A stretch of 64,000 nucleotides of DNA from an uncultured Phycisphaerales bacterium (GCA_963758525.1 CAVWVQ010000005.1:96001-160000); one strand, 5' to 3'; shown: positions 9,103 to 21,872, numbered from the stretch's first letter. The notes: generated by a model not told the origin, from the sequence alone. Translations and numbers: made by a program.

Positions 9103-9816
9103 ATGCACCATCAGCATCAGCATCATCATCACCACCACCATGGCGCGGTCGCGGCAACCACCACGCCCCTGGAAGCTGCGCTGGCGCCGGCACTCAACGC
9201 GAACGTATTGGTGCTCAACAAGTTTTACCAGGCGATTCGTGTCATCAACGTTCGCCGGGCCTTCTCGCTGCTCTGCCGGGAATTGGCGGAGGTCGTTCAC
9301 ATCGAGACCGACGCGCGCGGGCAGAGCAACTGGCAGAACTTTGACTTCACCGGCTGGCGCGAAGTGTCACAGCTCAAGGCAACTTTCGAGCCCGAGGCCT
9401 TCGAGTGGATCCACACCGTGCGGTTTCAGATCGCGGTGCCGCGGATCATCCGTCTGCTCGGCTACGATAAACTCCCCCGGCAGGACGTGAAGTTTAACCG
9501 CCGCAACATCTACGCGCGCGATGGAAGCCGCTGCCAGTATTGCGGCAAGAAAATGCCGACCACCGATCTTTCGCTCGACCACGTGGTTCCCAAGAGCCAG
9601 GGCGGCCGCAGCACGTGGGATAACATCGTCTGCTGCTGCATCAAGTGCAACGTCAAGAAGGGCGGCCGTACGCCCGAGCAGGCGCATCTGCATTTGATCA
9701 CCAAGCCGGTGAAGCCCAAGCGCAGTCCGGTGATCAACATCCGACTCGCCGACGAACGCTACCATAGCTGGAAGCAGTTCCTCGATACCGCTTATTGGAC
9801 TGTCGAGTTGAAGTGA
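9103..9816 (+). CDS. HNH endonuclease (McrA-like) with His-rich N-terminus
   Basis: VLVLN, NIYARDGSRCQYCG, SLDHVVPKSQGGRSTWDNIVCCCIKCNVKKG; N-terminus MHHQHQHHHHHHH. Confidence 0.92.
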   Translation: MHHQHQHHHHHHHGAVAATTTPLEAALAPALNANVLVLNKFYQAIRVINVRRAFSLLCRELAEVVHIETDARGQSNWQNFDFTGWREVSQLKATFEPEAFEWIHTVRFQIAVPRIIRLLGYDKLPRQDVKFNRRNIYARDGSRCQYCGKKMPTTDLSLDHVVPKSQGGRSTWDNIVCCCIKCNVKKGGRTPEQAHLHLITKPVKPKRSPVINIRLADERYHSWKQFLDTAYWTVELK

Positions 9817-9855
9817 AACTCCCGCAGTTTTTGACGAGGGGTGACTCTTCCAGCT

Positions 9856-9887
9856 CAGCAGCCCCGGATGTACATCCGGGGCTGCTG
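9856..9887. repeat. Perfect 32-bp palindrome, REP-like family with GGATGTACATCC core
   Basis: CAGCAGCCCCGGATGT|ACATCCGGGGCTGCTG; other copies at 29145-29170, 42414-42439 and 54799-54824. Confidence 0.92.
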
Positions 9888-9921
9888 TCCACTGCTTCGC
9901 TGCGCTTGGACGGGCGACGAT

Positions 9922-11550
<1,629 letters not shown>

Positions 11551-11624
11551 GTCTATATTTTACGCGACTGATGTCTTACTAGACAAGCCTGCCGCGCACT
11601 GAGTTGATCGGGGACGCGTTCCGT

Positions 11625-11679
11625 GTAGCACAGCCGTCTCGGCTGTGTCCCAAGGCCACAGCCGAGACGGCCGTGCTAC
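11625..11679. repeat. GTAG-type REP doublet
   Basis: GTAGCACAGCCGTCTCGGCTGTG ... CACAGCCGAGACGGCCGTGCTAC. Confidence 0.88.
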
Positions 11680-11880
11680 GATTGCGTCACTCCACGTTAT
11701 CACGCGCCGCTCCCCGCTCCCAACGCCTCGCAGCCAAAACCCAGCCAGACGAAGGGCCGAGGTGCCGAATCGCTAAAAAGTCGCGGTTTTTCAGCATGGA
11801 TCGGGAATCATCCGATATGAACAACGAGGCTTTCGCAGCGGTCCCGCCGCCGAACACTCTTTGCCGGAATGCGTTAAACC

Positions 11881-13068
11881 ATGTTGTACCTTGCTCTTAC
11901 GACGCAGTTAGACCTCTCATTATGGGGAATTGCACTGCGACTGCTGCTCCTTGCCGCTCTCGTGACTCCTATTGTCATCCTCGTTCGCACCTATCGCCGG
12001 GAGCGGGACAGGTCTCGGCATTTGATCGACACGCTCACATTGCGATCGCGAAACGTGGATCACCTGCTCGATTTCTCGCAGACGCTTCAGGGCGCCGGCA
12101 GGCCAGAGCAGGTCTTCGCCTCCCTCTCCCAGTTTGTGCAGTCGGAACTGAATCTGAGCGGCGTCGCCCTGGTCGAGTATGAGCCCGACCGCGCGGGCGG
12201 CCCGCAGGTCAAGCATGCGATGCCCCCTACGCTGGTTGCCTCCGCTCAGAACGCGGCCGATCTCGACGTCACTCTATGCCCCTGCATTCGCCAGAACCTT
12301 CCCCGCCTTTTCAATGGGGCCGATGCCCCTGTCCGTTGTGCCATCGACAAGTGTCTGTCCCTTCCGCCGTCGCACCCGGCGTATTGCATTCCGATGCAAA
12401 TCGGTCCCAAGACGCGCATCCTCCTGCACATGCTTCTGCCGCCCGGAGCGGAATGGACCGACTCAAGCCGCCAGCTGGCCCAAACCTACGCAAATACGGC
12501 TCAATCTGCGCTGGTTACGCTGCATCACCTCGCCGAGGCCGAGCAGCGCACCATGACCGATCCGTTGACGGGGCTCTACAATCGGCGGTCAATGGAGAGC
12601 CTGATGGAGCGCGAAGTTGCGCTGGCCGAACGCCATCAGCGGCCGCTCTCGCTGGTGATGATCGATCTCGATTTCTTCAAGGAAGTCAACGACACCCACG
12701 GCCACGCCGCCGGCGATCATCTGCTCCGCTCGTTTGCTGACTGCGTGCGAATCACGCTTCGCAAGACCGACCTGGCGTTCCGTTACGGCGGCGATGAGTT
12801 CGCCATTGCCTTGCCGCAGACACCCATCGGGCAGGCCCAGCAGGTCGTGCAAAAACTCCGACAGGCATTCGCGTCAGTCGATTTCTCCTCCGCGATCGCC
12901 CACCTGGACCATCAGCCGACGCTCAGCATCGGCCTGGCGGAGCGCAGCGCCGCCTGGAATCTGCTGAATCTGTCGTCGCTGATCAATGCCGCCGATCAGG
13001 CGCTCTACGAAGCCAAAGCCGCCAACCGAAATTGCGTCAGAACGTACACCCCGCCAAAGGCGGCGTGA
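11881..13068 (+). CDS. Membrane-anchored diguanylate cyclase (TM, GAF-like, GGDEF)
   Basis: N-terminal hydrophobic helix; TDPLTGLYNRR, DLDFFKEVNDTHGHAAGD, RYGGDEF, ADQALYEAK. Confidence 0.94.
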   Translation: MLYLALTTQLDLSLWGIALRLLLLAALVTPIVILVRTYRRERDRSRHLIDTLTLRSRNVDHLLDFSQTLQGAGRPEQVFASLSQFVQSELNLSGVALVEYEPDRAGGPQVKHAMPPTLVASAQNAADLDVTLCPCIRQNLPRLFNGADAPVRCAIDKCLSLPPSHPAYCIPMQIGPKTRILLHMLLPPGAEWTDSSRQLAQTYANTAQSALVTLHHLAEAEQRTMTDPLTGLYNRRSMESLMEREVALAERHQRPLSLVMIDLDFFKEVNDTHGHAAGDHLLRSFADCVRITLRKTDLAFRYGGDEFAIALPQTPIGQAQQVVQKLRQAFASVDFSSAIAHLDHQPTLSIGLAERSAAWNLLNLSSLINAADQALYEAKAANRNCVRTYTPPKAA

Positions 13069-13117
13069 GTTTGGGAGCCGTCTGAGTTTCCAACTTTCGG
13101 CGTTGGATCCGATTTGA

Positions 13118-13215
13118 ACTTTTCATTTTTCATTTTTCATTTCCGGCGCATTCAGAATGAAATTGAAAAATGTCAAATGAAAAAATGAAAAATGAAAAAT
13201 GAGAAAGTGAAAAGA
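13118..13215. repeat. Heptamer inverted tandem repeat (TTTTTCA / TGAAAAA)
   Basis: TTTTCATTTTTCATTTTTCATTT followed by TGAAAAATGTCAAATGAAAAAATGAAAAATGAAAAATGAGAAAG; AT-rich island between convergent genes. Confidence 0.9.
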
Positions 13216-13216
13216 C

Positions 13217-13945
13217 TTACTCGCCCCCCCTCACGATCCTTCCCCAATCGACCGTATCGATCGCGGCAATGATTCCTGGCGGCAGCCTTGGCGGCACGAA
13301 CTTTTCCTCGGGCACGACACACAGCACCTGGGTTTTCCCCCAGCGTTCGATCGCCCGCGGGTTAGTCTCTTCCGCGATGCTCGCTCCGTCGGCCGGGTAT
13401 CGGTTGACGACCACTCCGGCCACGGTGACGCCCGTTGCTCGCAGCGCTTCGAGCGTGAGAAGCGTGTGGTTGATCGTCCCAAGCCCGGCCCGCGCGACGA
13501 CGACGACCGGCAAGCCGAGCCAGCCGACGAGATCGCGCACCGTCTGCCTGTCGTCCAATGGCGTCATCAATCCGCCGATCCCTTCGACCACCATCACGTC
13601 GCTTTCTGCGGACATCAGGCGGAGCGACCGCCGAGCGCTCTCCCAATCCACGGCAGCGCCAGCGCGCTCCGCTGCCACCGCCGGCGCCAATGGCTCACTC
13701 CATCGCTGCGGGCAGATCAGGTCCAGAGGGAATTGAGCGTCCGCGCAATACGCCAGGAACTCCGCGTCCGCACTGACGAGTCCCTCGCGCCGCCGCTCGC
13801 ATCCGGTTGCGAACGGCTTGCAAACTCCAACGCGCAGATGGCAGCGTCGAAACCAATCCGCGATGGCTCCCGCCACCACCGTCTTCCCGATCTCCGTGTC
13901 GGTGCCGGTGATGAACAGGCCAGGAATTGAGAGCCGATCGAGCAT
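13217..13945 (-). CDS. bioD: Dethiobiotin synthase
   Basis: FITGTDTEIGKT, KPFATG, PLAPAVA, VEGIGGLMTPL, LGTINHTLLT. Confidence 0.96.
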   Translation of the reverse strand: MLDRLSIPGLFITGTDTEIGKTVVAGAIADWFRRCHLRVGVCKPFATGCERRREGLVSADAEFLAYCADAQFPLDLICPQRWSEPLAPAVAAERAGAAVDWESARRSLRLMSAESDVMVVEGIGGLMTPLDDRQTVRDLVGWLGLPVVVVARAGLGTINHTLLTLEALRATGVTVAGVVVNRYPADGASIAEETNPRAIERWGKTQVLCVVPEEKFVPPRLPPGIIAAIDTVDWGRIVRGGE

Positions 13946-14050
13946 GGGAGAAGGAGCAAGAGCCAGGAGCCAGGAACAAGAATGAAGATGACAAGGAGCC
14001 GGGGCCCAGACTGAAATCTGACCCCTTGCTCCTCCTCTCCTCCCGCTTCC
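13946..14050. repeat. Degenerate heptamer repeat (GGAGCCA-type) with short inverted arm
   Basis: GGAGCAAGAGCCAGGAGCCAGGAACAAG ... CTTGCTCCTCC; same unit as the arrays flanking the four-helix-bundle gene. Confidence 0.7.
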
Positions 14051-16024
14051 TCACTTCACCGCGATCTTCCAGATCGCCCACTGTCCTCCGCGATTGGAGC
14101 GGAAGCAGATGAATTTCCCCGACGGGTCCCACGAGGGGCAATCATCCCAGCTTCCGTTGCGGGTGATCCGCACGGGCCGGTCGGACTGGGAAACGTCGAG
14201 AACCCAGATGTCGTAATTATTGCGATTCTCCTCGTCGGTGCCCCGATCCGAAACGTAGGCGATCCGCTCCCCGTCCTGCGACCAGACGGCGTCAAATTCG
14301 TCGGCGTCCGGGCTGCTCAGCGTCACCGGCACACCCCCGCGATCCGGCATGCGGAAAATCTGCCGCTTGCCGGTCTTTTCGTTGATGCCGGTGAAAATAA
14401 TGCTGTCCCCTTTGGGGCTGACGCGCGGCTGCATGCCGCCGGAGCGGGCCAGGTCGGTGCGGGTTGTCGCGCCAAGCTGCGTCATGTACAGCCGCGGATC
14501 GGGACGCGTGTCAACCAGCGACTCGTAGAACAGTCTTGGCTTGGGATCCGAATCCACCATCGGCCACAGATCGCTCTCCTCGCCGTTGGTCAACTGGGTC
14601 ACGCCCGGATCACCGGCTGATGACATCTCCCAGATGCTCAACCGCCGCCCGCCGCGGTTGGACGAGAAGACGATTTGTGTGCCGTCGGGCGTGAACGACG
14701 GGGTGAGGTCCAGCGACTTGCCGTCGCCAAACATCGTCGTGGCGGCGCTGCCGTCCATCCGGACCGACATCATGCTCGACGTCAGATCCGTCGGTCCCGA
14801 GCTGGAGAGCGTGGTAAACAACACCGCCGAGCCGTCCGGCGAAACCGTCAGCGTGTCGATCATGCTCCCTTTCGGCAGATCCGTGAGCCTCGTGAGCGTT
14901 GATTTGTCGCCGGCCTCGTCCGTGTCCTTCATCGCCTGTGTGTTTATTCGCTCGGGGACAAACTGCCAGATCTGGTCGCCATGCACCGGCTTCACGCGCA
15001 ACAATTCGACCGTCCGAGTCTTGATCTCTTTCAACGGGAGCTCGTAGTCGGTCTTCCCCTCGTCCCATTTCAACGTAAACGACAGCGGTTCCCAGAGGGT
15101 GTCGCCCGCCGCTTTCACCGCCGTTCCGCTGTAGGTGCGCAGCGTTCCCTTGTCGTCGATGGGCGGGAAGATCAGCTTCGCGGTTGTGACGCCCGATGCG
15201 TCGGTCGCGGTGGCCGCGCCGTCTATCTTGATCGTTGCTCCCGCGGGTTTGGTGACGATGCGGACTGTCTTCGCTTTGGGCGGCAGGTCGATGTGATAAT
15301 CTTTCTTCCCGTCATCCCAGCTGATTGTCGTATCCACCGGATCGTAGCCGGGCTTGGTCACATGCACGCGCTGCGGGATCCACTCATTGGTGTCGGGCTT
15401 CACCGGAAATGGGAAGTTCGAATAGCTGATCGGGCTGGTTCCCAGCGTTTCGCCGTTGATCGAAACGGCAGCGCCTGACGGCGTGGTCGTAATCGACAGG
15501 TCCTTCCGCATCGTGTCCAGATTCAGGTAATAGTCCGGAGATGGATCGGTCCAGTTCACCTTCTGTTCGATTTTTCGATAGCCGGGGCGTTCGGCGCTGA
15601 CGGTGTGGCTCAGCCAGTGGTTCTGCGCGTCGATGGAGAACTCCAGTTCCGTGGACATTTGCGTCACCGGATCGGGGCTCAGCGCCTTCCCGTCAATGCT
15701 GATGATGCCCGGCACGGGGAGCACCGTGAAACTCACGTGCTTGGTCGCCGGCCGCAGCTCGATGAAGATCGGCGACGGCGGATCATCCTTGCCGACCGAT
15801 ACCACGGTGTCCTTGTAGCCGAATCGTCTGGCGGTGACCGGGTGTCTCTCTGCCGGGTTAGTGAAGGTGAGTGTCTGCGTGAGCGGCGCCCTGCCGACAG
15901 GAAGCCCGTCAATGCTCAAATCCGCATCGGCCGGCTTGGTTGAAATAAACACGTCGCGCGTGATCGCGCATCCTGTCGCACACCCCAGCAGCAGCAGCAG
16001 CAAACTCACGCACCGGCATCGCAT
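14051..16024 (-). CDS. Lipoprotein with several PEGA-like repeats and a C-terminal TolB-like (PD40) beta-propeller
   Basis: LLLLLLGC lipobox-like signal; ISTKPADADLSIDG, ITTTPSGAAVSING...GTSP, IVTKPAGATIKIDG; PSFTPDGTQIVFSSNRGG, WSQDGERIAYVSDR, PSWDPSG...SNRGG. Confidence 0.85.
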   Translation of the reverse strand: MRCRCVSLLLLLLGCATGCAITRDVFISTKPADADLSIDGLPVGRAPLTQTLTFTNPAERHPVTARRFGYKDTVVSVGKDDPPSPIFIELRPATKHVSFTVLPVPGIISIDGKALSPDPVTQMSTELEFSIDAQNHWLSHTVSAERPGYRKIEQKVNWTDPSPDYYLNLDTMRKDLSITTTPSGAAVSINGETLGTSPISYSNFPFPVKPDTNEWIPQRVHVTKPGYDPVDTTISWDDGKKDYHIDLPPKAKTVRIVTKPAGATIKIDGAATATDASGVTTAKLIFPPIDDKGTLRTYSGTAVKAAGDTLWEPLSFTLKWDEGKTDYELPLKEIKTRTVELLRVKPVHGDQIWQFVPERINTQAMKDTDEAGDKSTLTRLTDLPKGSMIDTLTVSPDGSAVLFTTLSSSGPTDLTSSMMSVRMDGSAATTMFGDGKSLDLTPSFTPDGTQIVFSSNRGGRRLSIWEMSSAGDPGVTQLTNGEESDLWPMVDSDPKPRLFYESLVDTRPDPRLYMTQLGATTRTDLARSGGMQPRVSPKGDSIIFTGINEKTGKRQIFRMPDRGGVPVTLSSPDADEFDAVWSQDGERIAYVSDRGTDEENRNNYDIWVLDVSQSDRPVRITRNGSWDDCPSWDPSGKFICFRSNRGGQWAIWKIAVK

Positions 16025-16082
16025 CGCAGAACCTCCGTGATCGATGCAATGTCGTAACGCAAAGGGGGGACAATGGAAAGAG

Positions 16083-16285
16083 GGGGTCAGAGGGTTCAGG
16101 GTGTCAGGGTTCAGGGTGTCAGGGTGTCAGGGTTCAGGGTGTCAGGGTTCAGGGTTCAGGGTTCAGGGCTGAAGGACGCCCGCATTCTACTGAACCCTGA
16201 ACCCTGACACCCTGAACCCTCGCTGTGCCCGCACTTCACTGAACCCTGACCCCTGACACCCTGAACCCTCTGACCCTCTGACCCC
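16083..16285. repeat. Heptamer/octamer inverted tandem repeat (GGGTTCA/GGGTGTCA versus TGAACCC/TGACACCC)
   Basis: About 11 tandem units at 16083-16169 followed by two blocks of the reverse-complement unit at 16190-16285. Confidence 0.93.
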
Positions 16286-17443
16286 TCACTGTGCCGCGAT
16301 TTGAATTCCCACCGTGTTCTCGGCAATGCGGTTCACTTCCAGATCCTCCACGCTCACTTTGAGAAGATATCGCCCCAGCGTCAGGCTCGCGGGGAGATTG
16401 ATCATCTCTGCCATGAAAAAGTCGTGGCGTCGATTCCGCGAAAGATCGACGCCGGGCCGCATCTCTTTCTGCCGCCAGACTTCCATGCCGCTTTGCTCCT
16501 CGTACAGCACGACCTGGAGCTTGAGCTTCGTTTCCCAGAGCTTCTGGTCATTCAGTTGCGAAGCAAAGTTCTCGACCTCGCAATACACAATGACAGGCGT
16601 CTCCTGGCCCGCCGTGAAACGGTCGCCCTGGATGGGATCGTAAACGCCAAAACCGGTGACGCGTTTGCACAGTGCCACGGTGGGGATGGTCAGCTCCGCC
16701 TGGCTGCGAAGCCGATCGGCCATTTCCAGCAGCGGGCGCACCTTCCGCGAGAGAAGCATGTTTCCGTCGGCCCGCACCGAGTCCCGGAAATTGGTCAAAC
16801 CATCGAGCAACGTGGAAACCACTTCCCGATCCTCCGGCGCCAGCGGCGCCAGCGCGGTGAGCTGCGGCACTGATTCTCCCTGCAGCATCTCCAGAAGCTG
16901 GTAATCGAGCTGCCCCGCCAGGTCCTGCGGATAGTCGCGAACGTGCTGCGCGAGTTGCCGGCTGATGCCATCGGTTGATGTCCCCTGATTGACCGCCGCC
17001 CGAACTGGGGTTTCGTCCGCCTTGGCGGTTGTCAAAGGCTTGCTGTCGGAACCCGGGGTCACCGGCGAGACCGATGGCACGGGCGCGGGCGGCGAATCGC
17101 TCTTGGCCGACGAACCCGCGGCGGGGGCTAGCTGCAGGTCGTTCGGATTCAGGGAATCAGCGACTGGCGTGGAATCAAGCGCAGCGCCCCGCTTCTGCAG
17201 CAGCGGCCCGACATTCCGCGCGTAAGACTGGGCCTTCTCCGCGAGCACCTCCGCCGTCCCCGGAGGCGTCGCATCACCGGTTGGCTGCGTCGTCGCGGGT
17301 TGGCGCAGCAATTCGTAGCTGCCCTCGCTGTGCTGACCCGCTCGAGCTGAATGCTGAGAAGTGTCCTGACATCCCGCGGCGAAAAAGACCGCCGCGAGTC
17401 CCGCCCCGAGAACCCCAACCGAATACTGCCGGCCTGCGTTCAT
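16286..17443 (-). CDS. Hypothetical lipoprotein
   Basis: MNAGRQYSVGVLGAGLAAVFFAAGC lipobox; Pro/Thr-rich linker; globular C-terminus (LCKRVTGFGVYDP...VYCEVENF...LGRYLLKVSVED). Confidence 0.75.
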   Translation of the reverse strand: MNAGRQYSVGVLGAGLAAVFFAAGCQDTSQHSARAGQHSEGSYELLRQPATTQPTGDATPPGTAEVLAEKAQSYARNVGPLLQKRGAALDSTPVADSLNPNDLQLAPAAGSSAKSDSPPAPVPSVSPVTPGSDSKPLTTAKADETPVRAAVNQGTSTDGISRQLAQHVRDYPQDLAGQLDYQLLEMLQGESVPQLTALAPLAPEDREVVSTLLDGLTNFRDSVRADGNMLLSRKVRPLLEMADRLRSQAELTIPTVALCKRVTGFGVYDPIQGDRFTAGQETPVIVYCEVENFASQLNDQKLWETKLKLQVVLYEEQSGMEVWRQKEMRPGVDLSRNRRHDFFMAEMINLPASLTLGRYLLKVSVEDLEVNRIAENTVGIQIAAQ

Positions 17444-17719
17444 GACGTCCCATCCGTGGAGATGATTCCCGACAATCCTTGTCAGGACCCTGCAGAATAT
17501 AGCGCGTGGGCCGCGGGACCGCAAGCGGGACGGCTCCCCTTCTGCGTCCTCAAATTTGCATTTTGCACTTTGCAATCCTCAATTCCCCAGACTGAGAGGA
17601 AAACGCAAACACGCAACACCATGCGAAGCATCCTTATCCTTTAGCCGCCTCGCTCGCGAGGCGCGTTGAGCGGCGCAGTTCGCTCAGCGGTCGCTTGTGC
17701 TATAACAATCTCCGAACAC

Positions 17720-18310
17720 GTGCTTGCCTTGATCCTCTATCTTCTGTTGCTGGTCTGCCTCATCGCGGGCCTGGCGATTCTGTTCGTCAACATGCCGGGC
17801 CTCTGGCTGATGGTGCTGGCGGCGGCCGTCTACGCGGTCGTTGCCAAGCCGCCGCTGAATTTCCATCGGCTGGAAATGATTTTCGTCCTGCTCGGCTTGG
17901 CGCTGATGGCGGAAGTCATCGATTTCTTCGCCGCCGGCGCGGGAGCAAAGCGGGCGGGCGGCACCCGCCGCGGATTGTGGGGGGCCATTATCGGAGGGCT
18001 CGCCGGCGCGATCGTGGGGAGCTTTGTGCTGCCGGTGGTGTTCACCTTGGTCGGCGTCTGCATCGGGACATTTCTGGGCGCCTTCCTCGGCGAAGTCAGT
18101 GGCGGGAAAGAGATCGGACAGAGCGTTCGGATCGGCGCGCATGCCACCGCCGGAAGACTGGCCGGCACGCTGCTGAAACTTCTGTTCGGCGTTGTGATGC
18201 TTATCATTACCATGGTGTGGGCGTGGCCCTGGCGGCACCCAGCCGCGGCCGCCGCCGCCTCTCCGCCGACAAGGATGATCGTGCTCCCGGCGACCACGAG
18301 GGCTTCCTAA
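17720..18310 (+). CDS. DUF456 family membrane protein
   Basis: MPGLWLM, AGAKRAGGTRRGLWGAIIGG, GTFLGAFLGE; several TM helices; GTG start. Confidence 0.85.
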   Translation: MLALILYLLLLVCLIAGLAILFVNMPGLWLMVLAAAVYAVVAKPPLNFHRLEMIFVLLGLALMAEVIDFFAAGAGAKRAGGTRRGLWGAIIGGLAGAIVGSFVLPVVFTLVGVCIGTFLGAFLGEVSGGKEIGQSVRIGAHATAGRLAGTLLKLLFGVVMLIITMVWAWPWRHPAAAAAASPPTRMIVLPATTRAS

Positions 18311-18408
18311 ATGACAGACTCATACCGCTACCGAGGCGCCTGGACTCCCCTTCGTGCCTTCGTGCCTCCGGGCCTTTGTGACTCCCTGTCGCCCTTTCCA
18401 AGCACCCT

Positions 18409-21400
18409 ATGAGCGTCACCTTTGTCCTAGGCCGAGCCGGAACCGGAAAGACCCGCCGATGCTTCGACGCCGTCGTCAGCGCCCTGCGCCGATCCGCTCG
18501 GGCCGCCGATCTACTGGATTCTCCCGCGCCAGGCGACCTTCAGCGCCCAGCGCGATCTTGCCTGCTCCTCGGGCCTGGGCGGATTCTGCCGGGCGCGCAT
18601 CGTCGACTTCGCCCAATTCGGCAGGGACGTTTTCGAAAGCTGCGGCGGCGACTCGATCCCCCTCATCACGCCCCTCGGCCGCCAAATGATCCTCGGACAT
18701 CTGCTCCGCAAGCTGGAACCCAGACTGCAGTTGTTCGGTGGCTCGGCGCGGCGGGTGGGATTGGCCGCTCAACTGGATCAGGTCTTTGCGGAGCTCGAAC
18801 GCAGCGGCAAGGGCGCCGAAGAGCTTGCGGCGATGATTCGATCGATTGAAAAGAGTGCCGGCGCCAGCGTCGATGCCAACTCGCTGCTGGCCAAGCTGCG
18901 CGACATCGCGCTGGTGTACGACGAATACAACGCCTATCTCGGTCAGGAACGGCTCGATCAGCATCGCCGGGCCGCGCACGTGCTCGCGTCGATCAAAAAG
19001 TGCGCATTTTTGCGCGAAGCCGAAGTATATGTGGACGGCTTTCTGGAATTCGATGAGAACGATCGGCGGCTCCTCGCAGCGCTGGCAACGACTGTCCGGA
19101 AGATGGAGATCTGCCTGCTGATCCATCCGGCCAGCCCCACGCTCTTCAATCCCCGCCAGGCGCCCGATGAGCTGAATCTGTTCCATCGAACCGAGCAGAC
19201 CTATCGCCGGCTGTATTTGGCGCTGACGGACGCGGGCGCGCAGATTGCGCCGCCAGTCATCTTGAAAGATCCGGCACGATTTGCCGCCAGCGCGAGCCTG
19301 GCGGCGCTGGAGCGCACTTTCGACAGAGACATTGTTCCGGAAACTGCGGTCGACGGCGTCGAATTTCTGGAGGCTTCGGATCGTCGTCCGGAAATGGACG
19401 CCATCGCCCGGCAGATTCGCGCCCTGTGGACGGAAGGATTTCGCCTTCGCGACATTGCCGTCCTCATGCGCGACGTGAAGCAATATCACGGTGCACTGAC
19501 CGAGAGCTTCGGGGAACACGGGATTCCGTTTTTCGTGGACCAGCGGCGCTCCGCGGGGCATCATCCGTTGCTGCGCGTGCTGCGGTCAATCCTGCAGATC
19601 GCCCGCTTCGATTGGCCGACGGACGCGGTTCTCACCCTGATGAAAAGCGGCCTCGCCGGCGTTGGTAACAGCGAGGCTGACGCGGTCGAAAATTATCTTC
19701 TCGGCCATTTCGTTCGCGGCTCAAAGGGATGGTGCAGCTCCGAGCCGTGGGAAGACGAACGTCCGATCCCCATCGACGAAGAGGACGCCGAGGTGATCGC
19801 CAGCTCGGTCGATCGAATTCGCCGCGGGCTTGCAGATCGGCTGGCGCCGTCGATCAAGAAGTTGAGCAGCGCATCGGAGCTGCCATTGCGCGTGATTGCA
19901 TCGGAGATTTTCAACGCCTTTGATGCGCTTGCGCGCAGAAAGCGATCGAAGGATGGATCGCAGCCGCCGGCAAGTCGCATCAGGTCGAGCATGCCGCCGA
20001 GCATCAGCGGGTGTGGGAAGAGCTGGTCAAGCTGTTCGAGGAAATGGTCAGCCTGCTCGGGGACGAGCCGATGTCGCTGGAGCGCTTCAGCGAGGTGACC
20101 GAGTCGGGGCTGGAGGAATTTGATCTGGCGTTGACTCCGCCGACGGTCGATCAGGTGCTGGTCGGACAGGTGGACCGCACGCGCACGCCAGGAGTTCGAG
20201 TCGTCTTTCTGCCAGGCCTGAGCGAAGGGGAATTTCCCGCGGCGCCAAAGGATGGATCGATTCTTTCCGATCGCGAACGGCGCGAGTTGCAACGGCTCAG
20301 CATCGATCTTGACCCCGACACGCGCCGCCGGCTCCTCGATGAGAAACTTCTCGGCTACATCGCGATGACCCGGGCCTCCGAGCGGCTCTATTTATCCAGG
20401 ACAGTGATCGATGTCGGAGGACGACCGGCAAATCCATCCATTTTCTGGGGACGGGCGCGCGAGCTCTTCCCGACGGCTCCGATCCGCGCGACGCAGGCGG
20501 CGTTACCCATCGCGGCAGAGCAGATCGCCACGCCCAGGCAACTGGTCACCTCGCTCATGCGGTGGGCGCGCGACCCCGTATCGGACCAGGCGGAGAACCA
20601 GACCTTTCGATCGCTCTATCAATGGCTGGCGATGCGCCCCGCCAACGACGATGCCATCGACACGGTTCGCTACCGCTCGTGGAAAGCGCTGAGCTACGCG
20701 AACACCTCTGAGCTGTCGGCAGAAATGCGCGGACGCCTGTTCCCAGCTCCGCTGACCGCCAGCGCTTCCCAGTTGGAGATGTTTGCCCGATGCCCGTTCA
20801 GCCATTTCCTGCGTTATGGCCTGCGCCTTCGACCCCGGCAGCGCCAGCAAATAGGGCACTCGGAATTGGCGGGGCTCTATTCGCGGCTTCTCGCCAAGCT
20901 GGTGGACCGCGCCATTCGGGCCAGACGTGCCTGGGATGGCCCCGAAGCGCCCATCGACGCCGACGCCATCGACTCGTGCCTGTCGGAAGTGGATGACGTG
21001 CTCACCACGCACCTGGCGCAGCAGCGGCGCGGGGGAAATATCTGATGGATCGCACGCGCAAGACGCTGGTGGAATTTCTCGCGTCGCAGCGCGAGGTGAT
21101 GCAGCATAGCCGATTCCGTCCGGCGTTTGCCGATCTTCGTTTCGGGTCCGGGTCCCGCGTGCCGGCCCTTGAGGTGACCTCGGAAAAGGGGACGCAACTG
21201 TCGGTGCAGGGGCGGATCGATCGCGTCGATCTGCTGGCGGGGGGCCGGGAGGCGGCGGTGATGACCTACCGGCTGAAAGCCACGCAACTCTCGCTCGACA
21301 GCGTCTATCACGGTTTGTCGCTGCAGTTGCTCACATCGCTGCTGGTCCTCAGGGCCAACGGTGCGCAACTTGCCGGCGTCCCGCTCGGCGCGGCAGGAGC

Positions 21401-21872
21401 GTTTGCGCTGCAGGTGCCGCGGTCTATTGAGCGAGTCGATCATCCCGACGATGCGCTCTCGCCCGACGATCCCGGTTTTCATCTGGCGTCCAAGCCGCGC
21501 GGGATTTTTTCGCTCCGGCAGCTTGGGCAGTTCGATCGCGACTTCCAAACCGGCAGGTCCGACGTGCTGCAGGTCTATGTGAAAAAGGACGGCGAAGTGG
21601 GATCGCCAACCTATTCTGACGTGGCCGACGAAGTGGAGTTCGAAGCGCTGCTGAAATACGTCGAACGGCAGCTTGGAAAATTGGCCGACCGGATTTCCGC
21701 CGGGGATATCGCCATCGCGCCCTATCGCATGGGGAACAGATCGCCGTGCGCCTATTGCAGCTATCAGAGCGTCTGCCGATTTCATGTCACCACCAATCGC
21801 TACCGCAAATTGAGCAGCAGCGGGCGCAGCGGCGTGCTGTCGCTGCTGCGGGAGGGCGCCGATGGCGATTGA
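18409..21872 (+). CDS. addB: ATP-dependent helicase/nuclease subunit B, split by apparent frameshifts near 18490, 19932 and 21033
   Basis: MSVTFVLGRAGTGKT, YVDGFLEF, RLRDIAVLMRD, IPFFVD, YIAMTRASERLYLS, SASQLEMFARCPFSHF, QGRIDRVD, PCAYCSYQSVCRF (Fe-S Cys); overlaps the addA start. Confidence 0.92.

Noticed and set aside
16083..16285. Possible CRISPR array (also considered for 4081-4305)
   Set aside because: Units are 7-8 nt and tandem with no unique spacers, and no cas genes are present.
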